From: Octopus sinensis
Lineage: Eukaryota
Direction: 5' to 3'
DNA: 64,000 nucleotides
Assembly (NCBI RefSeq): GCF_006345805.1
Contig: NW_021833783.1
Span: forward strand, 1 to 64,000
Below the pieces are notes generated by a model. That model saw only the letters and a list, made by a program, of their open reading frames with translations, did no database searches and had not been told where the DNA came from. The translations under genes and the position numbers were made by a program. Positions 37,607 through 51,149 of this stretch are shown here, one piece after another; the first letter of the stretch is position 1; every line of letters starts with the position of its first letter.

Positions 37607-37780
37607 TGTATGTATGTATGTATGTATGTATGTATGTATGTATCAATCTATCTGTCTGTCGGTCTTCCTAGCTACATATCTATCTGTGTGTCTGTGTGTC
37701 TGTCTCTCTTTCTTTCTTTCTCAAACTCATTCTCTCTGTGTATATGTTTATATATGTGTATATATATATAGTAGTGGTAA

Positions 37781-37812
<32 letters not shown>

Positions 37813-37813
37813 T

Positions 37814-37851
<38 letters not shown>

Positions 37852-38069
37852 CTAATAATAATAGTCTTTGGGTGGAATTTATAAATATTTTAATGCATCG
37901 CTACGCGCGTTTCCACAAATCGCATCTTTCTTAAGATCATAGTCCGTATTCCTGGGATGATTACAGTACAGTTCATAGTATTCATGGACGTCATGCATTC
38001 ATTCCTTCGGGTCGTTTATTAATTTTGATGAATGAGAAGGTTGATTGGGGTATGTACGCATTTCTGTAT

Positions 38070-38452
38070 GGAAGCACTCCGTCGGTTACGACGATGAGGG
38101 TTCCGGTTGATCCGAATCAACGGAACAGCCTGCTCGTGAAATTAACGTGTAAGTGGCTGAGCACTCCACAGACACGTGCACCCTTAACGTAGTTCTCGGG
38201 GATATTCAGCGTGACACAGAGAGTGACAAGGCCGGCCCTTTGAAATACAGGTACAACAGAAACAGGAAGTAAGAGTGAGAGAAAGTTGTGGTGAAAGAGT
38301 ACAGCAGGGATCACCACCATCCCCTGCCGGAGCCTCGTGTAGCTTTAGGTGTTCTCGCTCAATAAACACTCACAACGCCCGGTCTGGGAATCAAAACCAT
38401 GATCCTATGACCGCGAGTCCGCTGCCCTAACCACTGGGCCATTGCGCCTCCA
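38070..38452 (-). mobile_element. SINE: head C + tail T1, 11-bp TSD
   Basis: CATTTCTGTAT at 38059-69 and 38453-63. Confidence 0.93.
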
Positions 38453-38740
38453 CATTTCTGTATATATTTTGTAGGGAAGAGAGGAAGGTACTGGAGAGAG
38501 AGGCAGGAATGGTAATTGTAACGAGATGGAGATGTGTTTGGTGAAGTTGGACTTATTTTTGCTATTTGAGTATGCAGATGTCAAGATGGCTACTATAGTT
38601 CTTTGGTTTGATCTTATTCACAGCAAGTCTCTCCTCAATGAATTTAAAAGTAGTCGAGTTAGCAGGTACAGCCACTACAACCACTACAGCCTTTCAGTTT
38701 TTGGAGTTCATTTCTTAGTTGACAAATGATACTTTCTTAA

Positions 38741-38956
38741 CCCTTTCGTGACCATCCTGGCTGAAACCGGCTTTGACTCTTTAGTACAAATGGCTTGTTT
38801 TCATAAGTTTTGAATTCAAAATTTCCATCAAACCTTAGTCACAATTTATGTTCCTAACACTAGCTCAATGATAACGATGTTATTTTACTAAATTCTTTCT
38901 TATATTTAAAGTAATTGAAAGAAACACAGAGCATCTCAAAATAAATACAGTAACGA
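38741..38956 (+). mobile_element. piggyBac-like non-autonomous element, degenerate right end
   Basis: TTAA (38737-40) followed by CCCTTTCG; right end gtaacga lacks a clear GGG-TTAA. Confidence 0.4.
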
Positions 38957-39480
38957 GACCTTTTTAATTACCTTTGCTGGTTTGATAAGTGCCAACGCAC
39001 GAAAATCTTGGACATTGAGTCACTCTGTTACTTCTGCTAAATATTAATATGTGTATGCTTTTTGCTTTAGCTATCTTTATTTCTTATAGTTGCTAGACTG
39101 AGGCCCAGCTGGGACACCACCTTGAAGAATTTCAGTCTGAGGAATCGACTGCAGTACTTCCATTAAGCCTATTGTCTTGAAAATAAATGAATATGACGGG
39201 TAAGTGTATACAAACGGGTAATATAAGATGAAGACTGATGTCACCAATACAGGAGTGCGGATATATAGTTTATTAGAAGCGAGGTCCTTCATGTGTAGAA
39301 GAGTTTAGGAAATATAGCCGAATCTGAATCTGGAACCATGTGGTTGGAAAGCAAACTATTTCTTACCAAACAGCCATGCCTCTGCCTGCCTGCCTGTCTG
39401 CCTGTGCCTGCCTGCCTGCCTGTACCTGCCTGCCTGCCTGTGCCTGCCTGCCTGTCTGTCTATCTTTCTTTGTCTGTGTG

Positions 39481-39513
<33 letters not shown>

Positions 39514-39637
39514 ATGTGTGTGTGTGTGTGTGTAAATGTAATATGTGACAATTATTCAGTAGCCATGATAAAACTCCGAGTTTCGAATGCCGAGGTGGAA
39601 ATCCACGCCGCCATCTCTTCAGTTATCCGGCCATCGG

Positions 39638-39673
<36 letters not shown>

Positions 39674-40355
39674 TTTTAATTAAATGGGAAACGTTTTGAA
39701 TATGCAAATAAAGGTTCTATTCCATTATGTCAGCCACCGTTTAATGATGTTGACTAATGATGTTGACGGAGTTTCATCAAGTTGTACCAATATAATGTAG
39801 GATAAATATAATAATAATAACAATAATCCTTGGATAGAATTTATAAACATTTTATGCAATGCTACGCGCGTTTCCACAAATCGCATGATTCTCAAGATCA
39901 CAGTCCGTATTTCTGGGATAATTTCAGTGTAGTCCGTAGTATCCGTGGGGTTCATTATCATTAATTCATTTCTTCAGACGATATAATATTAGTTGATGTA
40001 CAACAGAGTTATATGGAGATGGAGGTGTGTGGTGGTATTGATTTTATTTTGCTATCCATGTAAAGGATGTGTTAAGGATGTGTAGTACATTACTTTGTTT
40101 GATTTCATTTAAGGCATGAATATCTTCAATAAATTCTAAACTCAACAGGTCATAGGATATTGCTGATATATTTATCATTGAGAATTGATGAATGCTACCA
40201 TCTAATGTGATCATTGGCCTTTACATTGCTTCTATTGGTATAGTGTATAACACGTCAAATATTGATTGCTTTGTCTATTTGTTTAGGTTCCTTCGATTTT
40301 CTATCATGTGTTATTTCTTTTCAAAATATTTTTCAAACACACATACAAACATACA

Positions 40356-40387
<32 letters not shown>

Positions 40388-40416
40388 CATGTATATATAC
40401 ATATATACATGTATAC

Positions 40417-40473
<57 letters not shown>

Positions 40474-40474
<1 letters not shown>

Positions 40475-40637
40475 CAGGACGGGCTTCTTCCAGTTTCCAT
40501 CTATCAAATCTACTCAGAAGGCTTTGGTCGGCCCGAGACTATAATCGAAGACAATTCCTCTAGAGGCGACGCAGTGGGACTGAACCTGAACCATGTAGTT
40601 GGTAAGCAATCTACTTAGCACACAGCCACGCCTGTGC
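40474..40637 (-). mobile_element. Family A SINE 5' half
   Basis: gacgggcttcttccagtttcc...gcagtgggactgaacc...cacacagccacgcctgtgc. Confidence 0.8.
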
Positions 40638-40667
40638 TATACATACATATAGATCTATATATATATA

Positions 40668-40717
<50 letters not shown>

Positions 40718-41065
40718 GTAATAATATATATGCAAATGTATACATGCATACATATGTTTATACATGTGATATACATGCATATGTATACACACACATATAT
40801 ATACATACATATATATACATATAAATCTATATATACATGTATGCATCTACATATATATATGTATGCATATACATCTATGTATACAAATATGTATACATAC
40901 ATATATATGTGCAGATGTATATGCACATATATGCATGCATATATATATACATACATACAAACATATATATATATATATATAATATAAGGTAGATATATGA
41001 AAATCACCTAAGGGATAGATGTATACAGAGGCACTCCTGTTAAGTACTTCAGTATGTATGTATGT

Positions 41066-41119
<54 letters not shown>

Positions 41120-41194
41120 TGTGTGTGTGTGTGGTGTCTGTGTGTCTGTGTATGTGTCTGTGTGTGTGTGTGTGTCTGTGTGTGTCTGTGTGTG

Positions 41195-41825
41195 TGTGCA
41201 GGACGTCATGAAAGATGTACAACAAAAAAGTTCGAAGCACGAGTACATAGAACGTAAACTATTATTTCGAGCAAGAAAAGACACAAATGGAAAACAAAAC
41301 AAACAACATAAAGAACGACCCTTCATCAGTTGCTGCCTGTTTTTCTAGTCTCGTATTTCGAGCATTAAACAAAATTATACGCTTTCGATAAAACAGTTGC
41401 TCCTGCAAAGCAAATTAAATAAAATTTGGGATTTTGCGGAGGGTCAAAATAGGTAACACAAACAGGACAGTGAAAGCACACATGAAGTGTTAATAAGCCT
41501 AAATGAGGGTTGTGATGCTGAACGTGTATATCAAGCTAGGACAGGAAAGAAACCAGAACACGTCCTCCTTGTTGCAACTACAACAGAGAGAAAGAAAGAT
41601 GGCTGATGGTCACGTGGGAGCCAGGTGACAAAGGGAGGAGGGCTGAGGGAGAGAGAGAGTGACAGAGTTATGTCATAGAATAGTGAGAGAAGAGGGGGTA
41701 AAAGTATAAGAGGGAGAAAAAGAAAGAAAAACGGAAGGGTAAAAAGATCATATAGAGTGATCAGAATTGTTAAGATAAAACTTTCTTGGAAGATGATGTG
41801 TGGCTTTCAATCATATAACAATACA

Positions 41826-41860
<35 letters not shown>

Positions 41861-42090
41861 TATATAAATACGTATATGTACATACATCTATACGTATATA
41901 TATATATATGGGGGGGGGGTACAGGACGTCACGAAACGTGTACAACAAAAAAGTACGGCCTACGAGTACATGGAATATGAACTATTCTTTCGAACAGCGA
42001 AAGACACAAATGGAAAACAAAACAAACAACATAAAGAACGACTCTTCATCAGTTGCTGCCTGTTTTCTTAGTTTTGTATTTCGAGCATAC
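41195..42090. mobile_element. Two same-orientation family D-related copies (41195-41720 and 41920-42090)
   Basis: Shared caggacgtca...gaaaagacacaaatggaaaacaaaacaaacaacataaagaacgac..ttcatcagttgctgcctg. Confidence 0.6.
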
Positions 42091-42428
42091 ATGTGTATAT
42101 ATATATACGTGCGATAATAATTTCAGTATTAATAGTGAAACTATTAAACCTGAAAGTATTATCTCACACCACAGTAGAGACGTTATTGTTTCTTTTTACA
42201 CGTAATACTGAAATAGTGTAAGAGATAAAAGATTCCACTGGGACCACATGAGGCAAGAAGTTGAACTTTTTTCGCCCATGACACTGCATGAACAATAAGG
42301 AAGTTATGTGTAAAACTTGAACGAAATCGACCGGCTGGATTTAGTGATGCACACATACAGACACGCGCATGCAAACACACACACATTCTTAGTTTATATA
42401 TATAGACATATATAAATAAATATATATA

Positions 42429-42479
<51 letters not shown>

Positions 42480-42709
42480 GTGTGTGCGTGTATAAATTCG
42501 GTGTGTTGCGTTGCAATTACTTAATGAATGAAAAATGTGTGGTAAATAAACAAACAACATAATGTGTACTGAATGGGAAAATGAACGGGAGACAAACAGA
42601 ATACTTCATCAGTTTTCGACCAATTGGTAATGAATATACACATACATAAATACATGCATACATTGAAATATATACCATATACTCATTTATTCTCCCTCAC
42701 TCCCCCTCC

Positions 42710-42880
42710 GTTGCTCACGAGGCTCCTACGTGACCATCAGCCATCTTTCTTTCTCTAGCTAGGGTTGATACATTTACACAAGCATCTTCATTTTGCTTTG
42801 GTTTTTTATGTTCTCGTTTCTCATTCTGTCCGCATTTTTGATGTCCTGTACCCATATATGCATGTATATAATACGTATAT
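42710..42880. mobile_element. Family D fragment, inverted relative to 41195
   Basis: ctcacgaggctcctacgtgaccatcagccatctttc is the reverse complement of 41595-41625; tcctgtacccatatatgcatg terminus. Confidence 0.55.
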
Positions 42881-43141
42881 ATAACGGGAAGCTTTATGAA
42901 AATAAGCAAAAGACGAAGGCAGGTGGAATACAAACAAACAATTGTATTAGTATGGCGCTCAGGAATAGAAATAAAACAAGTCTTTTACGTTTCGATCCTA
43001 CGCTCTTCAACAGAAAGATACACAGAAAAGAAACACGGAAAGAAACAAGGAGAGAAAAAAATGCGTGCAGAAGCTAGTGAATCAACATGGCGTATATATA
43101 TACGTATATATAATATATATATATATTATATATATAATATA

Positions 43142-43205
<64 letters not shown>

Positions 43206-43211
43206 CGTATA

Positions 43212-43246
<35 letters not shown>

Positions 43247-43260
43247 TATATATATATATA

Positions 43261-43301
<41 letters not shown>

Positions 43302-44429
43302 AACATATATTTGTATGTATATATGTATATATGTATGTGTATAGATAGATACATACACACACACATACACACACATACACACACATACGCGCGTGCACAT
43401 GGGTTTATACCTACTGATACATTTTCACAAGCATCTTCATTTTGGTTGTTTTAGTCAAAACACTACGGCGACTGTGACTCCCGAACCTCATCAAGCACTT
43501 TTCGGTAGCTTTCTTAGCATGTTGAACTGTATCGTTTGTTGAATTCACAAGTATAGTCTGTTGTTACTGTGTTGTCCATGCCAAGGATATCTCGTATTTC
43601 ATATTACTCGCTCGATACACTTGAACAAGAGTAAATCCATATACACTGCCCCAAGAATTAAGATAATGCGAACCTAGTAATTTGGCTTACCTACCACTTG
43701 ATACTTAATCAACGCTTATATTAACTATGTGTGTGTATATGTCACAAGATAGCGAAGGTGTGTTTCTGCTTATTGACATGCCATGGCTTCATTATATATG
43801 TGTGTATTCTGTAAGTGTGTATGTGTGTTAACGTCCCGGAAGCCATGTTGCTTTTCGTCAAGAAATAACAAACAAAAATGGTGTTTAATCGTTTTCATTA
43901 ATAAATAGAGGTCCAAATATCACAAAAAATATGTACTGCACGAAAATATATATGCAAAACAAAATCAAGATAAAACATAGTCTTTTTGAGATATTTCGAG
44001 TACACACAAAGCTCCCTAGTTTTAGTATTATTAAGATTCTATATACTTTTAAAAGTTTTTTTCTTGCATATAGAAACTCTTCCAATTGAGGATGAACTCT
44101 ATGCTATGTCGATCGAGTTGGTTATTACAGGCTAACATAAGCGTTGCGGAAGAGTTGTCAACAAATGGTAGACGTGCATTTGAATGCTGTCATGTTGTTG
44201 CTTAGATCTTCTAAATATTTTTCGAGTATGTGTCTTAACATTAAGTTGACGGTTCGTAGTAACGTTTTGACGGACATTTTCCACCATTATATTTCTTCTC
44301 GTGGAAGTTGATTCTATGCTTACATGGTTGACAGCTCTAACGTTGATATCGTGTCTTGTTGGAATGTGTAAGGTACCCACACGCTTGTGTGTTTGTATAT
44401 ATATATATAAATGTGTGTGAGTGCATATA

Positions 44430-44849
44430 CTCTTTTACTTTTACTCTTTTACTTGTTTCAGTCATTTGACTGCGGCCATGCTGGAGCACCGCCTTTAATC
44501 GAGCAACTCGACCCCGGGACTTATTCTTTTGTAAGCCCAGTACTTATTCTATCGGTCTCTTTTGCCGAACCGCTAAGTAACCGGGACGTAAACACACCAG
44601 CATCGGTTGTCAAGCAATGCTAGGGGAACAAACACAGACACACAAACATACACGCACACACACATATTTATATATACATATATACGACGGGCTTCTTTCA
44701 GTTTCCGTCTACCAAATCCACTCACAAGACATTGGTCGGCCCGGGGCTATAGCAGAAGACTCTTGCCCAAGGTGCCACGCATTGGGACTGAACCCGGAAC
44801 CATGTGGTTGGTTACCAAGCTACTTACCACACAGCCACTCCTCCGCCTA
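44430..44849 (-). mobile_element. Family A SINE, full length
   Basis: Reverse complement of family A including (CTCTTTTA)n tail. Confidence 0.93.
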
Positions 44850-45029
44850 ATATATATATATATTAAAATTTATGCTCATTCCTTTTATGTTTTTGATGTT
44901 CGGAAAAAGGTTGGGTGCCTCCTGGTGGATCATTTCACGGTTTGTTGACCGCTCTTCAGAGAATACACATTTCCTTTCCTTCTCCTATCAATAGCACAGA
45001 AATGTCAGCTGTTACATAAATAAAGAAGA

Positions 45030-45350
45030 TTATATTTCTAATATGTATGTTAGCTGGTTGATTTCATTTTCTGAAAGCCTTCGCTTTTCCAAATTATTAC
45101 GTAGGTATTTACTAATAAAACCAAGAGCACCGATTATTATTGGTTTAAGCGTGAATTTATAATTCGGAAATAAAACCTGGAGGTTCCGAGGCAACTGTCG
45201 GTGGTAATATTTCTCTTTGGTTTTCGAAGACTTACACATCGTCAGGGCAGCTGACGTTGCGTACATTCTCTTGTCCGTCCCAAACAATTATAACCAGCCT
45301 GTTATGCTTACATATGGTGAAAACGTCTTGATGAGAATGTTCCACTAATA
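45030..45350 (-). mobile_element. R4/Dong-like LINE endonuclease-end relic
   Basis: Minus-strand KHNRLVIIVWD..VSCPDDV and LQVLFPNYKFTLKPIIIGALGFI (PxxxGALG motif). Confidence 0.65.
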
Positions 45351-45811
45351 TGCTTCGCGTTGATTTTCATGTGTAAATTCAGTAAAAGGAGGATTCTCTA
45401 TATCAAGGGGCAGTCATTATTCTTAGCGACAACGTCTTGCCGCAGGGGGAGTTAGTATCTTAATGACATATATGCATGAACATATATGCATGTGTGTGTG
45501 TATGCATGTGTGTATATATATGAATATATATAATGTGCATATATATGCATATATATATATATATGTATGTATATGTATATATATATATAATATTATATAT
45601 GTGCATATATATGTATATATATATATATAACATACATACATACATATATATACATATATATGTATATATGTATATACATATATATATGTATGCATATATA
45701 TATATATATAACGTATGTATGTAGTATGTATGTATGTATATATGTATTATATATATATATATAATATATATATATTATATATATATATTATATTATATAT
45801 ATACATACACA

Positions 45812-46035
45812 AGGTGGCGAGCTGGCAGAAACGTTAGCGCGCCGGGCGAAATGCTAAGCGATATTTTGTCTGCCGTTACGTCCTGAGTCCAAATTCCACC
45901 GAGGTCTACTTTTATCCTTTCGGGGTCGATAAATAAAGTACCAGTTACGCACTAGGGTCGATGTCATCGACTTAATTTCTTTGTCTTTCCTTGTTTGTCC
46001 CCTCTATGTTTAGCCCGTTGTGGGCAATAAAGAAA
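45812..46035 (+). mobile_element. Family B SINE
   Basis: ggtggcgagctggcagaaacgttagc...gcccgttgtgggcaataaagaaa. Confidence 0.9.
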
Positions 46036-46063
46036 TTTATATACATATATAACAATAAACGTC

Positions 46064-46327
46064 ACCCTTTTCCAGCCTAGCCAGACTCATGGTCCCGGTT
46101 TCCCGGTTTATGTAATGTATGTGTTCCCCCCAGTAGGACGGACCTCCGTCCATCGCAGCGTTACTCAAGAAACAGGAAGGGAGAGTGATAGAAAGTTGTG
46201 GCGAAAGTGTACAACAGGGGTTGCCACCACCCCATGCCAGAGCCTCATGGAGCTCTTAGGTGTTTTCGCTCAATAAGCACACACAACACCCAGTCTGGGA
46301 ATCGAAACCACGATACATTGCACCTCC
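46064..46327 (-). mobile_element. SINE: head C (internally deleted) + tail T2
   Basis: ggtttcgattcccagactggg head; tail gcgatggacggaggtccgtcc...aaaccgggaaaccggg. Confidence 0.75.
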
Positions 46328-46329
46328 AC

Positions 46330-46399
<70 letters not shown>

Positions 46400-46930
46400 T
46401 GTGCAAAATCTAACTAGAGATCCAAAACTGAATGACATCCTGAAAACACACAAATTCATCAAATGTAAAAAGCAAGACAAATCGCTAAAGAGACAACTAA
46501 CAAATGCGAAGCTTTACAAAACAACCACGAAACCAACGGTTCAAAAAGTGTGGACGCCCAAACTGTGGAACCTGCCTCAACCTACTTGAAGGCTCGGATT
46601 TCCTCTTCAAACAAGGACAGAGGTTCACAATTAAAACTAGTTTCACTTGTGCCTCTGAGTACCTAATTTATGCAATAACCTGCTCGGGTTGCGGACAGAA
46701 CTATATTGGACAGACGAGTATGACCTTGAGAAAGAGTATCACTCTACATAACGAGCAAATCCGTTTCCCGCAATACAGGCAAATTCCTCTCAGTGTACAA
46801 ATAGAAAATGTGCAGATAACATCAAACCAACTTTCACAGTATTCCCTTTCTACCAGTGCAAAGACACAATCTCTCCACAAAAACGTTTAAATAAAGAAAC
46901 AGTTTTCATTGAAAAATACAGAACACGTCT
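46400..46930 (+). mobile_element. Penelope-like element GIY-YIG endonuclease fragment
   Basis: KCGRPNCGTC zinc motif, FTCASEYLIYAITCSGCGQNYIGQT (GIY-YIG with CxxC), preceded by KQDKSLKRQL linker. Confidence 0.85.
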
Positions 46931-47329
46931 TAATATGCAGGCATAACCAACTTTTATCTTTTTACATATTTCAATTCACGATTACATCACTGTACATAAA
47001 TCTCCTCACTAAACAAGGTTTTTCGAAACTTGTTTTGGTCTGTACATATATATTCCCCTCCCATTACCGAAAGCTGAACAGTTATCTCCCTTACCCACAA
47101 CAATAACAATAATTACGATAACCAATTACCCCCCCTTATTTTTCTATTTGTGAAGACATTCACTCGTAAATATCATCACATACAACATGGACAAAATTTC
47201 TTAAGAAAATATATATTCAAATAAGTAAAACATAATATGATGAATAGCGATAGCGAAATCGGTCGATATATTAAAAATTATATTAAAACTGTGCGTATTT
47301 TCCTTTTCTAATTTCTTATATACACACAC

Positions 47330-47361
<32 letters not shown>

Positions 47362-47475
47362 ATGTGTGTATGTATTTGTATATATATCTGTATATATATA
47401 TATATATGTATGATGTATATATAATATATGCATAAATAAATATATATTTTATATATATATGTATATTTATGTATA

Positions 47476-47509
<34 letters not shown>

Positions 47510-47730
47510 TAATAAAAGGAATTCCAACCTTGTCTGATTTTCACGTTTTATTTACAATCTTATAATGAATAAGATAATATAATATAATAAAATAAAATAA
47601 AATAATAGAATGTTTAATGTTCATTCTGATTGAACTAGTACTTTCATGCATTAAATTCTGCAATCTTCAGGTTCATGTAGTAGTGTTGACAGTCATGCTT
47701 CACAATTTTGACAGTCAATCACACACATTC

Positions 47731-47774
<44 letters not shown>

Positions 47775-47779
47775 AGTGT

Positions 47780-48021
47780 GGAGGAGTGTCGCTTAGTGGT
47801 TTGAGTGTTAGAATCATGATCATCAGATTGTGGTTTCGATTCCTGGACCGGGCGACGCGTTGTGCTCTTGAGCAAAACACTTAATTTCACGTTGCTCCAG
47901 TCCACTCAGCTAGTAAAAATCAGTAACGCTGTGATGGACTGGCATCCAGCTGGGGAACACATGCGCCATAGAAACCGGGAAACCGGGCCCATGAGTCTCG
48001 CTAGGCTTTAAAAGGGCGCAT
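47780..48021 (+). mobile_element. SINE: head E + tail T2
   Basis: gcttagtggtttg A box, ggtttcgattcc B box, ttcacgttgctccagtccactcagc, then gatggactggcatccagc...gaaaccgggaaaccggg. Confidence 0.8.
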
Positions 48022-49652
48022 TTATTTTTATTTATATATATATACGTATGTATACATACAGAAACACAGACAAACATATATTTGAAAGTCTATGAGGGTT
48101 ACTTAATACTGTTTTTGAAATGTAAAGGTGTCTTTTTATTTCTTTCATTTACTAACATTTTTGGGAAGGTTTTTACTAGTGTGTGATCGCTTTCGTTAAA
48201 ACTTTTCAAACACACGTGCTCTTAAAGAGGAAGTTGTTATTTTTGAGTAAGAGGGCAGTGCATGCCATCAAAGTGACACTGGGGTAAAATATACGAAGCT
48301 CAGAATACCCATCATGACTACCCGCCTGATAAGGGTACACTAGGCATATGCATCACAACCATATCAAGATAAATCGCACATAACCTTGCAGGAGGGACCC
48401 AGTTAGACTTTTTTATAGTTTTACTTGATAGAAGCAAAATGGTGTAGCGAAAATAATATTTGAATACAAGCCGTTGAAATCAACAGTAGGCGTCGTTTCA
48501 TTGTGCGTTCACATAGTATACTTAATTTCACATGCTCCAAATCATATTTTTGCCAAGGAAAGGTCACTGATCGACCAGGAATATTATTTACTTCAGATCA
48601 CGCGCGAAAGACAGAGGCTTTATGCGCACACCCATCCTCTAAGACAGAGCAAGCATATCTCCCTCAAACCAACAGTGCAATTTTGAAAAGGAAGAAACAC
48701 ATTGTACAATGCTCGAGGGATCGTGATGGTCATGCCTGGAAGGCCTTTGATCACATATCTGCTTGATCAAGGCTAACCTAGGCTTAATCAATAACATCAA
48801 ATTGCTTAACGCCATGTAAGCGAATACTAGAAGCGTTTCCATTTGTTTTTACATAATTACTTGAGCCAGTTTATATATCTGCTGGCTGTTGGGAATATAT
48901 GTCAGATTTCACAGGAAGCAGCAAGCAGATCGATAACTCAGATCACACATTAATGAAGAGCACTGATCAAACAAATTATTCTATTGAAACGTAAAATTGC
49001 GTGAGATAATAGAACACACATTCATCCACACACACACACACACACACACACACGTATACACGTGCGGAAACAAATTATACATATTCATATGTGCATATAT
49101 ACGTGTGTGTGAGACTATGCGTCTACACACGCACACACACACACATATGTATATATATGTATGTATGCATTGCATGTATGCATGTATGTATGTATGCATG
49201 CATGCATGTATGTATGTATGTATGTATGTATATATGTATGTATGTATACATATATGTATGTTTGTATGCCTCATATAAAAAAATATATATATATATTTGT
49301 GGGTTTCAGTAAACGGTTTACGGCCATGATGGGGCACCGCCTTTAATGGTTTATCACGTTGTATTGATCCCAGTTGTTGTTTCATTGTCCAACTGTTAAA
49401 CCGCTGGACGTAAACCGAACCAGTATAAATAAATACCGGTTTTTAGATCGGTGTAAACAAACGAACAGGTACACAGATGCATTACATACAAATTATATAC
49501 ATATATAGACGTGTGTTTAAGTACGTGTATGTTTGTGTATGCTTTATATATAAAAGCATATATATATATATATATATATAGAAATTCGGGGTGAGTACTT
49601 GATAATTATAAGCACCTGTGTATACCGTTTGGTGGTGTAGGTGGTGGACAAA

Positions 49653-49687
<35 letters not shown>

Positions 49688-49707
49688 CATACATATATAT
49701 ATAATAT

Positions 49708-49756
<49 letters not shown>

Positions 49757-49800
49757 CATATATATATTATATATATATAATACATACATATATATATATC

Positions 49801-49869
<69 letters not shown>

Positions 49870-49870
49870 A

Positions 49871-50003
49871 GAGAGTGACCACTATGTGGGTTCACTCTAG
49901 TGCTAAAAATAGCTCAGCTAATGGTATAGCCACAACTTTTAGTGGCTATACCATTTGCGGAGCTACTTTTAGCACTAGAGTGAACCACATAGTGGTCACT
50001 CTC
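49871..50003. mobile_element. 133-bp foldback element / MITE-like hairpin
   Basis: Arms are reverse complements with 3 mismatches and 1 indel, 8-nt loop, TA on both sides. Confidence 0.75.
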
Positions 50004-50123
50004 TAATATTTATGTATAAATTTGTATTTTTCCCTTGGTTTTTATGTGCTAAGCCACTTGGTGTTAAATTGATGGTATTATTAAATTAATATCAAATTTT
50101 TCACCCTCATTTATAAATTTATA

Positions 50124-50345
50124 TAGGCGCAGGAGTGGCTGTGAGGTAAGTAGCTTGCTTACCAACCACATGGTTCCGGGTTCAGCCCCTCAGTCCCACT
50201 GCGTGGCACCTTGGGCAAGTGTCTTCTACTATAGCCTTGTGACCAAAGCCTTGTGAGTGGATTTGGTAGACGGAAACTGAAAGGAGCCCGTCGTATATGT
50301 GTGTGTGTGTGTGTGTGTATGTGTGTATGTTTGTGTGTGTGTGTG

Positions 50346-50377
<32 letters not shown>

Positions 50378-50540
50378 TTGTTTGTCCCCCCCAACATTGC
50401 TTGACTGATGTGTTTGCGTCCCCATCACGTAGCGGTTCGGCAAGAGAAACCGATAGAATAAGTACTAGGCTTACAAAGAATAAGTCCCGGGGTTGCTTTC
50501 CTCGACTAAAGGCGGTGCTCCAGCATTGCCGCAGTCAAAT
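50124..50540 (+). mobile_element. Family A SINE, tail truncated
   Basis: taggcgcaggagtggctgtgaggtaag head to gcagtcaaat. Confidence 0.9.
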
Positions 50541-50549
50541 ATAAACATT

Positions 50550-50586
<37 letters not shown>

Positions 50587-50742
50587 CGTGACTTAGTGGT
50601 CAGGATGTCACGGTGGCTTCGATTCCCAAACCGGCGGTAAGTTGTGTTCTTAAGCAAATTTAAATGTAGCTCTATCCTATACAGACCCCTCTTAAGCTAG
50701 GCATCTATTTCTAGCTATCCCTACTGACCAATGACCATCCCT

Positions 50743-51149
50743 CTCTTTTACTCTTTTACTTGTTTCAGTCATTTGACTGCGGCCATGCTGGAGCACCGCC
50801 TTTAGTCGAGCAAATCGACCCCGGGACTTATTCTTTGTAAGCCCAGTACTTATTCTATCGGTCCCTCTTTTGCGAACCGCTAAGGACGGGACGTAAACAT
50901 ACCAGCATCGGTTGTCAAGCAATGCTAGGGGGACAAAACACAGACACAAAAATATACACACACTTATTTATATATACATATATACGACAGGCTTCTTTCA
51001 GTTTCCGTCTACCAAATCCACTCACAAGGCATTGGTCGGCCCGGGGCTATAGCAGAAGACACTTGCCCAAGATGCCACGCAGTGGGACTGAACCCGGAAC
51101 CATGTGGTTGGTTAGTAAGCTACTTACCACACAGCCACTCCTGCGCCTA
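50743..51149 (-). mobile_element. Family A SINE, full length
   Basis: Reverse complement of family A. Confidence 0.93.

Noticed and set aside
44132-44380. 82-aa minus-strand ORF with faint Penelope RT-thumb resemblance (RRNI...QNVTTN)
   Set aside because: Similarity too weak to call without a profile search.
48430-48700. Unique-looking segment with a possible acceptor (ttacttcag at about 48595) and short ORFs
   Set aside because: No recognisable protein similarity, no matching donor, and no neighbouring exons.
1989-49871. Dozens of ORFs made of poly-E/L/F/V/G or YI, HT, CMYV, LSIY repeats
   Set aside because: They are translations of (GAA)n, (GGT)n, (TA)n, (CA)n, (TACA)n and (GATA)n arrays that lack stop codons by construction.
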